Part shown: positions 24,420 to 36,319 of the stretch, piece by piece
Layout of the letters: each line of letters opens with the position of its first letter
Numbering within the stretch: position 1 is the first letter of the stretch
NCBI GenBank assembly: GCA_002269645.1
Contig: NIVC01004003.1
Coordinates: 1,379 to 65,378 of the forward strand
From: Macrostomum lignano
Lineage: Eukaryota
DNA: 64,000 bases
Direction: 5' to 3'
Notes under the pieces: generated by a model
Told to the model about the DNA's origin: nothing
What the model saw: the letters and a program-made list of their open reading frames with translations, nothing else
The model's database searches: none
Translations under genes and position numbers: made by a program

Positions 24420-25420
24420 CGGGTAGACTGGCTGAGTGAGATGCCAGACAGCGGGTAGACTGGCTGAGTGAGATGCCAGACAGCGGGTAGACTGGCTGAG
24501 TGAGATGCCAGACAGCCGGTAGACTGGCTGAGTGAGATGCCAGACAGCGGGTAGACTGGCTGAGTGAGATGCCAGACAGCGGGTGCACTGGCTGAGTGAG
24601 ATGCCAGACAGCCGGTAGACTGGCTGAGTGAGATGCCAGACAGCGGGTAGACTGGCTGAGTGAGATGCCAGACAGCGGGTGCACTGGCTGAGTGAGATGC
24701 CAGACAGCCGGTAGACTGGCTGAGTGAGATGCCAGACAGTGGGTAGACTGGCTGAGATGCCAGACAGCCGGTAGACTGGTTGAGTGAGATGCCAGACAGC
24801 CGGTAGACTGGCTGAGTGAGATGCCAGACAGTGGGTAGACTGGCTGAGATGCCAGACAGCCGGTAGACTGGTTGAGTGAGATGCCAGACAGCGGGTGCAC
24901 TGGCTGAGTGAGATGCCAGACAGCCGGTAGACTGGCTGAGTGAGATGCCAGACAGCGGGTAGACTGGCTGAGTGAGATGCCAGACAGCGGGTGCACTGGC
25001 TGAGTGAGATGCCAGACAGCCGGTAGACTGGCTGAGTGAGATGCCAGACAGCCGGTAGACTGGCTGAGTGAGATGCCAGACAGCGGGTGCACTGGCTGAG
25101 TGAGATGCCAGACAGCGGGTAGACTGGCTGAGTGAGATGCCAGACAGCGGGTAGACTGGCTGAGTGAGATGCCAGACAGCGGGTGCACTGGCTGAGTGAG
25201 ATGCCAGACAGCCGGTAGACTGGCTGAGTGAGATGCCAGACAGTGGGTAGACTGGCTGAGTGAGATGCCAGACAGCCGGTAGACTGGTTGAGTGAGATGC
25301 CAGACAGCCGGTAGACTGGCTAAGTGAGATGCCAGACAACAGGTGGACTGGCTGAGTGAGATGCCAGACAGCGGGTAGACTGGCTGAGTGAGATGCCAGA
25401 CAGCGGGTAGACTGGCTGAG
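24420..25420. repeat. 32-bp minisatellite (GGGTAGACTGGCTGAGTGAGATGCCAGACAGC)
   Basis: About 31 copies; source of the 414-aa repeat ORF. Confidence 0.97.
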
Positions 25421-26225
25421 CTAAGAAGGTAAAGCATATAGAAGAAGTCATATAAAAAATGCACTTAGGTGACTGTCGGCAGTATAAAATGTTTTAACAA
25501 AATGCGACCCACCCTTACCGCCTTCAGTGACTAAAATAATTTTAATTCAATAGAAAGCTTCCGTATAAGATTAATTATAATTGACAAAACTAATTGCTTA
25601 AGCGACTTGTATGTTGTATTGGTCTGAAGCTGATGACAATGCTCAATACGTATTCCTAATGCAACATGGAAAAGCGAATATCTTTCTTTAGCCTTCCGTT
25701 CAAATCTTTTCAATTCATGAGTGCAATTCAGAAATTGAATTCCGGATGGATTAAAGCACTGAATGCTGGTTCAGGATGGCTTGAATAAAATCGGCCATAG
25801 CCAAAAAAAACTCCACATAAGCAAAAACTGAAACAATGCAGGAAGTGGTGACAATTTTCACAAGTTGAATTGCAAGTTTTTTGAAGCAAATTTTTATAAT
25901 ACAATTCCCGGCAGCGCGATGGGCGATTCTCAGGAGTGTGAAGGGCGATTCTCAAGGGTGTGAAGGGCGATTTTCAGGGAGGGGTGTGATGGGCGATTCT
26001 CAGGGAGGGGTGTGATGGGCGATTCTCAGGGAGGTGTGTGATGGGCTATTCTCAGAGGGGGGTGGCCTCAAGGAGTGTTAAAAGGCAGCTAATTAAATCT
26101 AATATACTAACAATTGGATCTAAAGAACCCGTTGCCAACGCGAAACAAGCACCAGACATTAAAAGTGATACAAGATGACAAAATAAGAAGTCACACACAG
26201 TCAGCCAGCATCCAAATCTACTTCA

Positions 26226-26744
26226 TCAGACCTCTTTAACCTGTTGCACCTCGGGATTTCTGTGACTGCCATCGCAATAAGGTGGCGATTTAGTCCGCTT
26301 GCACTGGCACAGCCACACGGCCTTGTCCGCATCTAAGCAGAGTTTAACTGGGCGGTAATTCGGATAGTGGACAGTGTAGTGACCGGCGTCAATCAGCTTA
26401 TTAACCCGCTTGTGATGCCCGTCGCAGAGCGGCTGCGTGTGCGACAGACCGCAGCTGCACCACCAGTAGGTTTTGCCAGCCTTGGCTTCGAACCGGAACG
26501 GCTTGGTCTTCTGGATGGCCGGCGGCCTGCTGGGAGACAGGGACTTGTAGCGGGGAGTCTCCGGGTGCGGGTTTGGCAATCGGTCTCCGGTGTTGACGTC
26601 GAATCGCTGGTGAAATGGCAGGTGCAGCGAGCCGGGCATGAGGTAGCGGCCGTGACGGACAGGCTGGCTGAACAGGCTGTGGCCAGTTCTGCCGCAGCAG
26701 ATTGTAAATGCTTTCTGCATCTGGGCTGCAATCGGTTTGAGCAT
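26226..26744 (-). CDS. CISD3: CDGSH iron-sulfur domain protein 3 (MiNT-like), intronless
   Basis: Two CDGSH motifs: WCSCGLSHTQPLCDGHH and LCQCKRTKSPPYCDGSH; basic N-terminus resembling a mitochondrial presequence. Confidence 0.93.
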   Translation of the reverse strand: MLKPIAAQMQKAFTICCGRTGHSLFSQPVRHGRYLMPGSLHLPFHQRFDVNTGDRLPNPHPETPRYKSLSPSRPPAIQKTKPFRFEAKAGKTYWWCSCGLSHTQPLCDGHHKRVNKLIDAGHYTVHYPNYRPVKLCLDADKAVWLCQCKRTKSPPYCDGSHRNPEVQQVKEV

Positions 26745-26844
26745 TTTTCATTAACTCAAGATAGGGACCCTGAAACTCCTAAAATCCTAAAAATATCAAT
26801 TCAAGATTAGTCGCTATTTGTCAACAAGATTGTTAGGATTCTTG

Positions 26845-28300
26845 AACGCTAACGAGTGCGTCATTGGCAAAAGCACGAGTGCGCGAAGCGCACGAGTGCT
26901 CTTTGCCATAGACGCACGAGTTGGCGTGCATGAATCTCATTCTTATTTGATTCTTCCATTTTAAATTCTGCCCAAAAAAGGAGGTTATAATTGATATTAC
27001 TATAGACATTACCCGCTGCTAGCGGGGTGCGGGGGCAGAGCCCCCGCTGGGGGCGTGGGGGCGAAGCCCCCACATTTTAACCATAGACAAAATCAATCTT
27101 GCACGCTGGAGATGAAGAGGGGAGGGGGTAACGAAAGGAGATTACAATTGAAAGCTAGTTGCCACTATAAAAACATTTGCAACGCTTTCCTTCGATCTGG
27201 AGGAAGAGTGAAGCACTACGATGCTATTGAGAGTGACGACCTGAAGAAGCTCGGTAAATACTTCGATCGGTCGAATCCGGTGCGTCTTCAAGAGGAAGTA
27301 TACTTTAACGTCATTTATTACTATGGGAATAGAGGCCGTGAATGGTTGCGTGGTTTGAGGTTTGATCGGTTTTGTGAGAAGCGGCTCGCCAATGGACTCT
27401 ACGCGATTGAGCTTGTTCAGGGAGATTCAAAGAATCAACATGGTTCTACCAGCGTCGCCGTCATGGTTGACAACAAGCAAGCGTTGATGGTGTCAAAGGG
27501 AGATTCTGCCAAATGCCCAGTTGAGGCGTTCAGACTGTACAAGCAAAAGGTCACCGAAGTTGAAGGATGGAACGGAGTGGACTTCTTTCTGCGACCAAAC
27601 GCTAACTTTCGTTCATCTGGTAAGTGGTACGAGCTCGTACAGCAAGAGTGCAGTAGGAGTCAACACCCTTGGGCCTCTGATGAAGAAAATTTCTACGTCC
27701 GCCGGATTGTCCAAGCCATACACTGCGCATTGTGTGCGTGCAACTGTAATCACAGAACTTCACGACGCTGGATTTAATGTCGAAACTATCGCTAAAGTGA
27801 CTGGCCACAAGCGAGGTGCATCCGTCGAGCGCTACATTCGACGAGGGAATAAACGAGAGCAAGCGATCTGTGCTATGAGCCATCAACTAACGGCTGCCGT
27901 GGAGGTGGCTACTACGGCCGACCCTCAAGTTGTAGGCACTGAGGCAAGTGACCTAGTTGACGTTATCAACGATCCTACGTCGGGCTCGGTGCGCTGTGTG
28001 CGAGTTATTCCGGAAAATCGGAAGAATTTGAAGATTCGAGCCAATGGTGACACCAACGTCATTGAATTTGTATTTGAGTAGCATCTGATCGCAAGCGAAA
28101 AAATAGTAATGATATTAACCAATTTTCACTCGTTGTTTTCTTGTTGTCTAAAAATAAAGTGCAATCCTGCACGTAAGATGCATTAGACCTAAAGGATATT
28201 TTGCCATAGACAACATCAATTCTGCACGCTTGGGCGTGCCAGATCAGCAATCCTGCACGCAGAATCAAATAAGAATGCGATTGTAACTCATAATGCGTCT
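26845..28300 (+). mobile_element. Crypton-like tyrosine-recombinase element, copy 1 (5'-deleted ORF)
   Basis: YYYGNRGREWLR, CPVEAFRLY, YTAHCVRAT, VTGHK, VERY (R-H-R-H-Y catalytic set); frameshift at about 27630; 22-bp inverted repeat AATCTCATTCTTATTTGATTCT (about 26933-26954) / AGAATCAAATAAGAATGCGATT (about 28261-28282). Outer boundaries approximate. Confidence 0.85.
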
Positions 28301-28489
28301 GAAAATACAAGGGGATAAAAAGTGAGAAGCAGACAGAAGGTGCCGTGGAACAAAGAAAGCTGAGAGTAGGGCTGTAATGGAAAGAGAGAAAAAACAAGAA
28401 AAGGGAACAGAGGATAGCTAGGAGAGGGTTGGGGATAAGCGGTAGAGGTTAAGATTAAGGAAAAAAGGAGGAAAGGGGAGAGGAGATGA

Positions 28490-29635
28490 AGGTAGAGGGG
28501 GTGAGATGAGGGTAGAGTGGGGAGGAGGGTGAGATGAGGGTAGAGTGGGTAGGAGGGTGAGATGAGGGTAGAGTGGGGAGGAGGGTGAGATGAGGGTAGA
28601 GTGGGTAGGAGGGTGAGATGAGGGTAGAGTGGCTAGGAGGGTGAGATGAGGGTGGAGTGGGTAGGAGGGTGAGATGAGGGTGGAGTGGGGAGTAGGGTGA
28701 GATGAGGTTGGAGTGGCTAGGAGGGTGAGATGAGGGTGGAGTGGGTAGGAGGGTGAGATGAGGGTGGAGTGGGAGTAGGGTGAGATGAGGTTGGAGTGGC
28801 TAGGAGGGTGAGATGAGGGTGGAGTGGGTAGGAGGGTGAGATGAGGGTGGAGTGGGTAGGAGGGTGAGATGAGGGTGGAGTGGGTAGGAGGGTGAGATGA
28901 GGGTGGAGTGGGTAGGAGGGTGAGATGAGGGTGGAGTGGGTAGGAGGGTGAGATGAGGGTGGAGTGGGTAGGAGGGTGAGATGAGGGTGGAGTGGGTAGG
29001 AGGGTGAGATGAGGGTGGAGTGGGGAGTAGGGTGAGATGAGGTTGGAGTGGCTAGGAGGGTGAGATGAGGGTGGAGTGGGTAGGAGGGTGAGATGAGGGT
29101 GGAGTGGGGAGTAGGGTGAGATGAGGTTGGAGTGGCTAGGAGGGTGAGATGAGGGTGGAGTGGGTAGGAGGGTGAGATGAGGGTGGAGTGGGAGTAGGGT
29201 GAGATGAGGTTGGAGTGGCTAGGAGGGTGAGATGAGGGTGGAGTGGGTAGGAGGGTGAGATGAGGGTGGAGTGGGGAGTAGGGTGAGATGAGGTTGGAGT
29301 GGCTAGGAGGGTGAGATGAGGGTGGAGTGGGTAGGAGGGTGAGATGAGGGTGGAGTGGGGAGTAGGGTGAGATGAGGTTGGAGTGGGTAGGAGGGTGAGA
29401 TGAGGGTGGAGTGGGAGTAGGGTGAGATGAGGGTGGAGTGGGTAGGAGGGTGAGATGAGGGTGGAGTGGGTAGGAGGGTGAGATGAGGGTGGAGTGGGTA
29501 GGAGGGTGAGATGAGGGTGGAGTGGGTAGGAGGCTGAGATGAGGGTGGAGTGGGTAGGAGGGTGAGATGAGGGTGGAGTGGGTAGGAGGCTGAGATGAGG
29601 GTGGAGTGGGTAGGAGGGTGAGATGAGGGTAGAGT
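28490..29635. repeat. 28-bp purine-rich minisatellite (AGGGTGAGATGAGGGTGGAGTGGGTAGG)
   Basis: About 40 copies with strong G/A strand bias. Confidence 0.97.
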
Positions 29636-30269
29636 GGAGAAGCTGTGAGAGGAAGGGAGCAGAAAAAGTGCAGGACAGAGAAGATGAAAGTAGTTCAGAA
29701 AAAGGAAAAAACAGAAATTTTGATAAAAAAAGAAGCCAAGCAATTTACGCAACTATTGCGTTAAGATTCTCCACACGGGCCTGAAAGTTTTACGAGTTTT
29801 TGTTCTGTCAAAAAGGAACGGCTCTCGCGCTCATTAATTTCTACAAAAGAATTTGACCGACATAAAAGTACAATCGAAGCAGCCCAAGACACAAACTGAG
29901 GCAATCCCAGCTAAGAAAGCAGCAATCCGAAATATCGAACCCAGCGCACGCTCCGTTAAAAAGTCAATTTGGGCGCAGCGAAGCAACTGGGCTGCAGCGG
30001 GCTCTGCTAGCGAAATTTGCACAGTTAATTACAAAACCAAAGGCCTTATAAGATGAAGACTGCGGACTGCCCGAGTGGCGCAAGATAGTGAAAGTAATTA
30101 CAGTGATAATCTTGGCAGCAAACTTATACAATATATGCATTATTGTTGATAGATTTCGCTTCCTAAGCCCAAGCCTCTCCACATACCGAAAACTCGCACA
30201 AGCTGACACAAAATCTAAAGTAAATCCCATTTTAGTTCAGGGTTCAACTAATCCCCTAAATGTGCAACT

Positions 30270-30995
30270 GATCATAGCCTAGATTATGCAACTGTTCATA
30301 GCCTAGATTATGCAACTGTTCATAGCCTAGATTATGTAGCTGTTCATAGCCTAGATTATGCAACTATTCACAGCCTAGATTATGCAACTATTCACAGCCT
30401 AGATTATGCAACTGATCATAGCCTAGATTATGCAACTGTTCACAGCCTAGATTATGCAACTATTCACAGCCTAGATTATGCAACTATTCACAGCCTAGAT
30501 TATGCAACTGATCATAGCCTAGATTATGCAACTGTTCACAGCCTAGATTATGCAACTGATCATAGCCTAGATTATGCAACTATTCACAGCCTAGATTATG
30601 CAACTGATCATAGCCTAGATTATGCAACTATTCACAGCCTAGATTATGCAACTGATCATAGCCTAGATTATGCAACTGTTCACAGCCTAGATTATGCAAC
30701 TGTTCATAGCCTAGATTATGCAACTGTTCACAGCCTAGATTATGCAACTGATCATAGCCTAGATTATGCAACTGTTCACAGCCTAGATTATGCAACTGTT
30801 CACAGCCTAGATTATGCAACTGATCATAGCCTAGATTATGCAACTGATCTTAGCCTAGATTATGCAACTGATCATAGCCTAGATTATGCAACTGTTCACA
30901 GCCTAGATTATGCAACTGTTCATAGCCTAGATTATGCAACTGTTCACAGCCTAGATTATGCAACTGTTCACAGCCTAGATTATGTAGCTGTTCAT
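30270..30995. repeat. 24-bp minisatellite (TAGCCTAGATTATGCAACTGATCA)
   Basis: About 30 contiguous copies, no spacers. Confidence 0.97.
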
Positions 30996-31384
30996 AGTAC
31001 ATAGTACATATAGTACAAAGTACATAGTCATATATCCTAAGTGTAAAATATAGAGGCATTAGCGAATACGAAATTGAGACAGTAAATCTTGAATTGAAAC
31101 CGCCTGGATATGTAGTAAACAAGTCAACTAAGGTTAAAGTACATCCTATTGGCAATCAGTATGGAACAGGAATTCAATAGAGAGAACTCAACTTTAATTG
31201 ATATTTGGTAGATTTTTTGCGGCCAAGTCCCGAACTGCAATTTAAAAAAAAAGCATCACACAGCAGCCCATTGACAGTGGGAAACAGCAAATCTAAAGCA
31301 AAAAATGAATCCACCTTTGATGGAAACGGGGTTTCAGAGAAATTGCTAATTACACTAATCCGTTAGCAAGCAAAATCAGCCGAC

Positions 31385-32300
31385 TCAGGATCATAAATGA
31401 CACGACTCAGGATCACAAATGACTCGACTCAGGATCACAAATGACTCGACTCAGGATCACAAATGACTCGAATCAGGATCACAAATGACACGACTTAGGA
31501 TCACAAATGACACAACTCAGGATCACAAATGACTCGAATCAGGATCACAAATGACTCGACTCAGGATCACAAATGACTCGACTCAGGATCACAAATGACT
31601 CGACTCAAGATCACAAATGACTCGACTCAGGATCGCAAATGACTTGACTTAGGATCACAAATGACTGGACTCAAGATCACGAATGAAACGACTCAGGATC
31701 ACAAATGACACGACTTAGGATCACAAATGACACGACTTAGGATCACAAATGACTGGACTCAAGATCACGAATGAAACGACTCAGGATCACAAATGACACG
31801 ACTTAGGATCACAAATGACACGACTTAGGATCACAAATGACACGACTTAGGATCACAAATGACACGACTTAGGATCACAAATGACACGACTCAGGATCAC
31901 AAATGACACGACTCAGGATCACAAATGACACGACTCAGGATCACAAATGACTCGAATCAGGATCACAAATGACACAACTCAGGATCACAAATGACACGAC
32001 TTAGGATCACAAATGACACGACTTAGGATCACAAATGACACGACTCAGGATCACAAATGACTCGAATCAGGATCACAAATGACACAACTCAGGATCACAA
32101 ATGACACGACTTAGGATCACAAATGACACGACTCAGGATCACAAATGACTCGAATCAGGATCACAAATGACACAACTCAGGATCACAAATGACTCGACTC
32201 AGAATCACAAATGACTCGACTTAGGATCACAAATGACTCGACTCAGGATCGCAAATGACTTGACTTAGGATCACAAATGACTCGACTCAGGATCGCAAAC
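31385..32300. repeat. 22-bp minisatellite (TCAGGATCACAAATGACTCGAC)
   Basis: About 41 copies. Confidence 0.97.
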
Positions 32301-33224
32301 GATCCAAAGTACAAGAGCACAAGATGCCTTTAATTTCAGTCTTAGGAACGCGTGTTAGACTGAGATAGCAGTTGTTATCATAATATTAGCCCCAGAGCTA
32401 CTAGACAGCAGCAAAGCTATATTGCACTGAGTATCTCCTGTAATAAATAATGTCAGAAAAATAATCTACAGAGCAGGACAGACATCTCTACAATCCGCTT
32501 TCCCGTCTACCGTTGCAGAATTTCAGTTCAGGGAGATTCAGGGTATTTTTGAGCAGCAAAAATGCAAATCAGGAAGCAGAGAAAGAGGCAACAGCCCATC
32601 TATCTAGCTCATCTGCGGCGGGATAGCTGCGCTGGCGTTGCTATGGGCTCGCCGGGAATTAAAAAGAACTCAAACATCTAACCACAGAATTGAAGTCAGC
32701 CTCCGCTTCATCTGTAGCTCCCTAATTAAGAATAGGGATTTAAGTTTTCATTCTTAGGTAGGCGATCAAAGCAGAGGAAGACAACATGCTGTGCTAATTA
32801 GGATATAAGAACTAAAGGTAAAGTAGAATGAAATGACAGCTTAGACCAAGACAAAGTTCCACCCCAGCCGCCATCCGTTCGCGTCAATAAACTTGTTTAC
32901 AAGTCAACAACAATTTATTTCTCAGAAAACAAGTGCATCAAAACTTGTCAGACGTACCGTTTGCCAGTTTTAGATAGAACATCAGAGGCCACAGTTCAAT
33001 AGATTTCTAATTTAATGTTTTAAACAACAGAGAACAAACGTGGCTTATTATACTACTTATAAGCGGCAGTAAAAGCATTTTTCCTAATAAGAAAACAAGC
33101 TAATATTTGAATAAGCTGTTATCAGTTACTTCAAGTGCCCGTTGTCACGAGTCACAGATCTGAAAAACTTCACTGATTAATGCTAGCTTCTTTTTATTAA
33201 TAATACGACGTACTGCTAATGCGG

Positions 33225-33610
33225 ATTTTTTGACCGGCCTCTCAAAGCCACCACCCAAAATTTCCTAACCCACTTGACCGCTCGCCCTGCAGATTTTTTG
33301 ACCGGCCTCTCAAAGCCACCACCCAAAATTTCCTACCCCACTTGACCGCTCGCCCTGCAGATTTTATGACCGGCCTCACAAAACCACCACCCAAAATTTC
33401 CTACCCCACTTGACCGCTCGCCCTGCAGATTTTATGACCGGCCTCACAAAACCACCATCCTAATTTTCCTACCCTACTTTACCGCTCACCCTGCAGATTT
33501 TATGACCGGCCTCTCAAAGCCACCACCCCAAATTTCCTACCCCACTTGACCGCTCGCCCTGCAGATTTTATGACCGGCCTCTCAAACGCCACCACCCCAA
33601 ATTTCCTACG
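33225..33610. repeat. 68-bp tandem repeat, about 6 copies
   Basis: GATTTT(T/A)TGACCGGCCTC...TTGACCGCTCGCCCTGCA units just downstream of the FARSA stop. Confidence 0.9.
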
Positions 33611-33693
33611 CCACTATACCACGGCCATTCCTCAAGATTGCAGAGTCAAGACGGCGCAAACTAGATGGTTTAAACGAATCAACAACAAATCAG

Positions 33694-34236
33694 TTATTTA
33701 TCCAGCCGACAGATCGGTCCCACACTGACCATCTTCAAATCGACCTTCGGCCCGATCAGATCTCTGATGTTATTAATACCGTACTTGATCATAGTTGGCC
33801 GCTCCAACGACAGGCCCCAGGCGATGACGGACACAGACTCCGGCAGGCCCATGGGCAATAGCATCTCGGGCCTGAACACGCCGGAATTGCCAATTTCAAC
33901 CCACTTGCCCAGACCCTCGTGATAAGAGAAAATCTCCATGCTAGGCTCAGTGTAGGGATTATAAGCCGGCTTGAATCGCAGGCGCCGAATCCCCAGCTTG
34001 TGAAAGAATTCACGAATAATGCCCATGAGATGGCACAGATTCAAATTGTAATCCGCTACTAGGCCCTCAATTTGATGGAACTCGGCCAGGTGCGTAGCGT
34101 CCAGTGACTCGTTGCGGAACACCCGATCGATGCTGAAGTACTTGGTCGGCTGGAACTGGGGCTGCTGGGCCAGCTGGTACAGCATCCGGGCGCTCACTGC
34201 GGTGGTGTGCGTGCGGAGTATGTTCTTCTGGGCCTC
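33694..34236 (-). CDS. FARSA: Phenylalanyl-tRNA synthetase alpha subunit, exon 5 (last)
   Basis: CTCCAG|[19 protein letters not shown]...[27 protein letters not shown]...[14 protein letters not shown]...[16 protein letters not shown]. Confidence 0.97.
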   Translation of the reverse strand, partial: EAQKNILRTHTTAVSARMLYQLAQQPQFQPTKYFSIDRVFRNESLDATHLAEFHQIEGLVADYNLNLCHLMGIIREFFHKLGIRRLRFKPAYNPYTEPSMEIFSYHEGLGKWVEIGNSGVFRPEMLLPMGLPESVSVIAWGLSLERPTMIKYGINNIRDLIGPKVDLKMVSVGPICRLDK

Positions 34237-34499
34237 CTGGAGTTGGAAAATAGAAAATTATATAAGATGAAGAAAGTTGAACTTATAACATGCCACTTAC
34301 AACATATTTTACACCTTAGGAGTACTCATGAGTATTCAAGTTAAAGTGACTTGTGGAATCAGAGAGTCGGGGAAAGGAGTTTTGGAGACCAACTAGTGGG
34401 ATCGTGGATTACAAATTAATAAGATACTGGAGATCACAGATAGGGGATTATAAATAAGGGAATCATAGATAGGGGACAATAGCTCGTAAATTGGGGTCA

Positions 34500-34700
34500 T
34501 AACTGAGGATCATAAATTGGTGATCATAGGTTGAGGAATCATAAATTGGGGATCACAGGTTGAGGATCATAAATTTGGGATCACAGGTTGAGGATCATAA
34601 ATCGGGGATCACAGGTTGAGGATCATAAATCGGGGATCACAGGTTGAGGATCAAAAATTGGGGATCACAGGTTGAGGATCATAAATTGGTAAATTGGGGA
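34500..34700. repeat. About 28-bp intronic minisatellite (GGGATCACAGGTTGAGGATCATAAAT..)
   Basis: About 6 copies. Confidence 0.85.
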
Positions 34701-34752
34701 TCCCAGGTTGAAAATCAGGGAATTGCGAGCCTCCTAACACCCCCTCACTCAC

Positions 34753-35182
34753 CGACTCTTTCCAATCGTAGTTGTAGCCAATCGAGCCGTAGCCGCCGTT
34801 GCTATGCACAGCCTTGACCCTGGCCAGGTAGCCGTCGGCCTGCTCAGCATCCAGCCGACAGGCGGCCGGCTCAGTTAGGAAGAAGGTGTCGTGAGCGTCC
34901 CTAGCCGGATGCTGCTGTGGCTGGAACAACGCGTCGAAATTCCAGAAGCTACTCTCAACGTACCGATTGGTGGGCATCTCCTGGAAGCCCATCTCCAAGA
35001 AGATCTGTCGGAATTCGGCGCGAACCTTCAGCAGAGGATGCAGATGACCGCAGTCGGGTTGCTGTCCCAGAGCTTTGAAATTGTACGCTTTGAATGTCAG
35101 CGTTTGCCAGACGCCGGTGGCCAGCATCTCGGCGGTGAGTTCGGTTTCCTCCTTGGCCAGGGTTAGGGTGAAGGCTGGGCCT
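34753..35182 (-). CDS. FARSA: FARSA exon 4
   Basis: CACAG|A GGC: [20 protein letters not shown]...[21 protein letters not shown]...[22 protein letters not shown]; donor TCG|GTGAGT. Confidence 0.96.
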
Positions 35183-35304
35183 CTGTGTGGCGGATTTGGT
35201 GAGGCGGTAGTGTTGCTCAGAGTTGGTCGGCTTATAATTTTCGATCTTCAATTCCTTTTCAGTTAGCCTTAACTTTCAGACCGTAAAGGAGTCCAAAAGT
35301 CTAC

Positions 35305-35810
35305 AGTACAGGCTAGACTACATCACACTACAGGCTAGACTACAGCAGGCTACAGGCTAGACTACATCACACTACAGGCTAGACTACATCACACTACAGG
35401 CTAGACTACATCACACTACAGGCTAGACTACATCGCACTACAGGCTAGACTACAGCAGGCTACAGGCTAGACTACATCACACTACAGGCTAGACTACAGC
35501 AGGCTACAGGCTAGACTAAAGCAGGCTACAGGCTAGACTACATCACACTACAGGCTAGACTACATCACACTACAGGCTAGACTACAGCAGGCTACAGGCT
35601 AGACTACAGGCTGGACTACAGCAGGCTACAGGCTAGACTACAGCAAAATACAGCCCTGACTACAGCAAACTACAGCCTAGACTAAAGAAAAATACAGCCT
35701 AAACTACAGCAAACTACAGCCTAGACTAAAGCAAAATACAGCCTAGACTACAGCAAACTACAGACTAGGCTACAGCACAATACAGACTAGACTACAGTCT
35801 ACAGGCTAAC
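35305..35810. repeat. 22-bp intronic minisatellite (CAGGCTAGACTACATCACACTA and variants)
   Basis: Tandem copies. Confidence 0.9.
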
Positions 35811-35860
35811 TAAACCAAACAGTTCCATAGCAACCCGAACAGCAACAGTACTCAGCTCAC

Positions 35861-36072
35861 TTAGCAACCCTATAGACTGTAACCCGGCCCTCCTGCACCA
35901 GTTTGCGCTTCTTGAGCTCGGCTCGCTCCTCGGCTGTCAAGCTGTCAAGGCTAAGAGCGGCAACCATCTGTAGGCAGTGACGGATTCGGTCGGACACGGA
36001 CTCAACTTGGCGATAAACTCGCGGTCCACCCGGAGCAGATTTGTCTAGGCGGATCCATCTGTTAGCCAGGGC
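35861..36072 (-). CDS. FARSA: FARSA exon 3
   Basis: TTGCCAG|ALANRWIRLDK...ELKKRKLV; donor AA|GTGAGC in phase 2. Confidence 0.92.
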
Positions 36073-36319
36073 CTGGCAAAGCCCAGGGGAGAATGTTTCA
36101 AACTTGTAGGGTTCAGAATAATACTTAAAATTACTATATAGAGAACTACACCTCGGATACAAAGTCATGGCCAGCATCCTCTGTCTAAAAGAGAGCTATT
36201 TAAAACCCAAAATAGTACTAAGTTCTATTTATAAGTAGTCTGTACGAGTATAAATGATGTAGATATATTCAAGTCAGGGCTCGGCAAAATCCGGCTTGAG
36301 GGCCAAAAGGTTTGTCTCT

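Noticed and set aside
24220-25464. 414-aa and 307-aa ORFs, likewise 36296-37289, 17636-18136, 13442-13913 and 4196-4757
   Set aside because: They are translations of stop-free minisatellites; the peptide periodicity simply follows the DNA unit.
29834-30230. Two hydrophobic minus-strand ORF fragments
   Set aside because: No recognisable motif or consistent splice signals; cannot be supported without a search.
30270-32300. CRISPR-like look of the 24-bp and 22-bp arrays
   Set aside because: Units are contiguous with no unique spacers, there are no cas genes and the context is eukaryotic.
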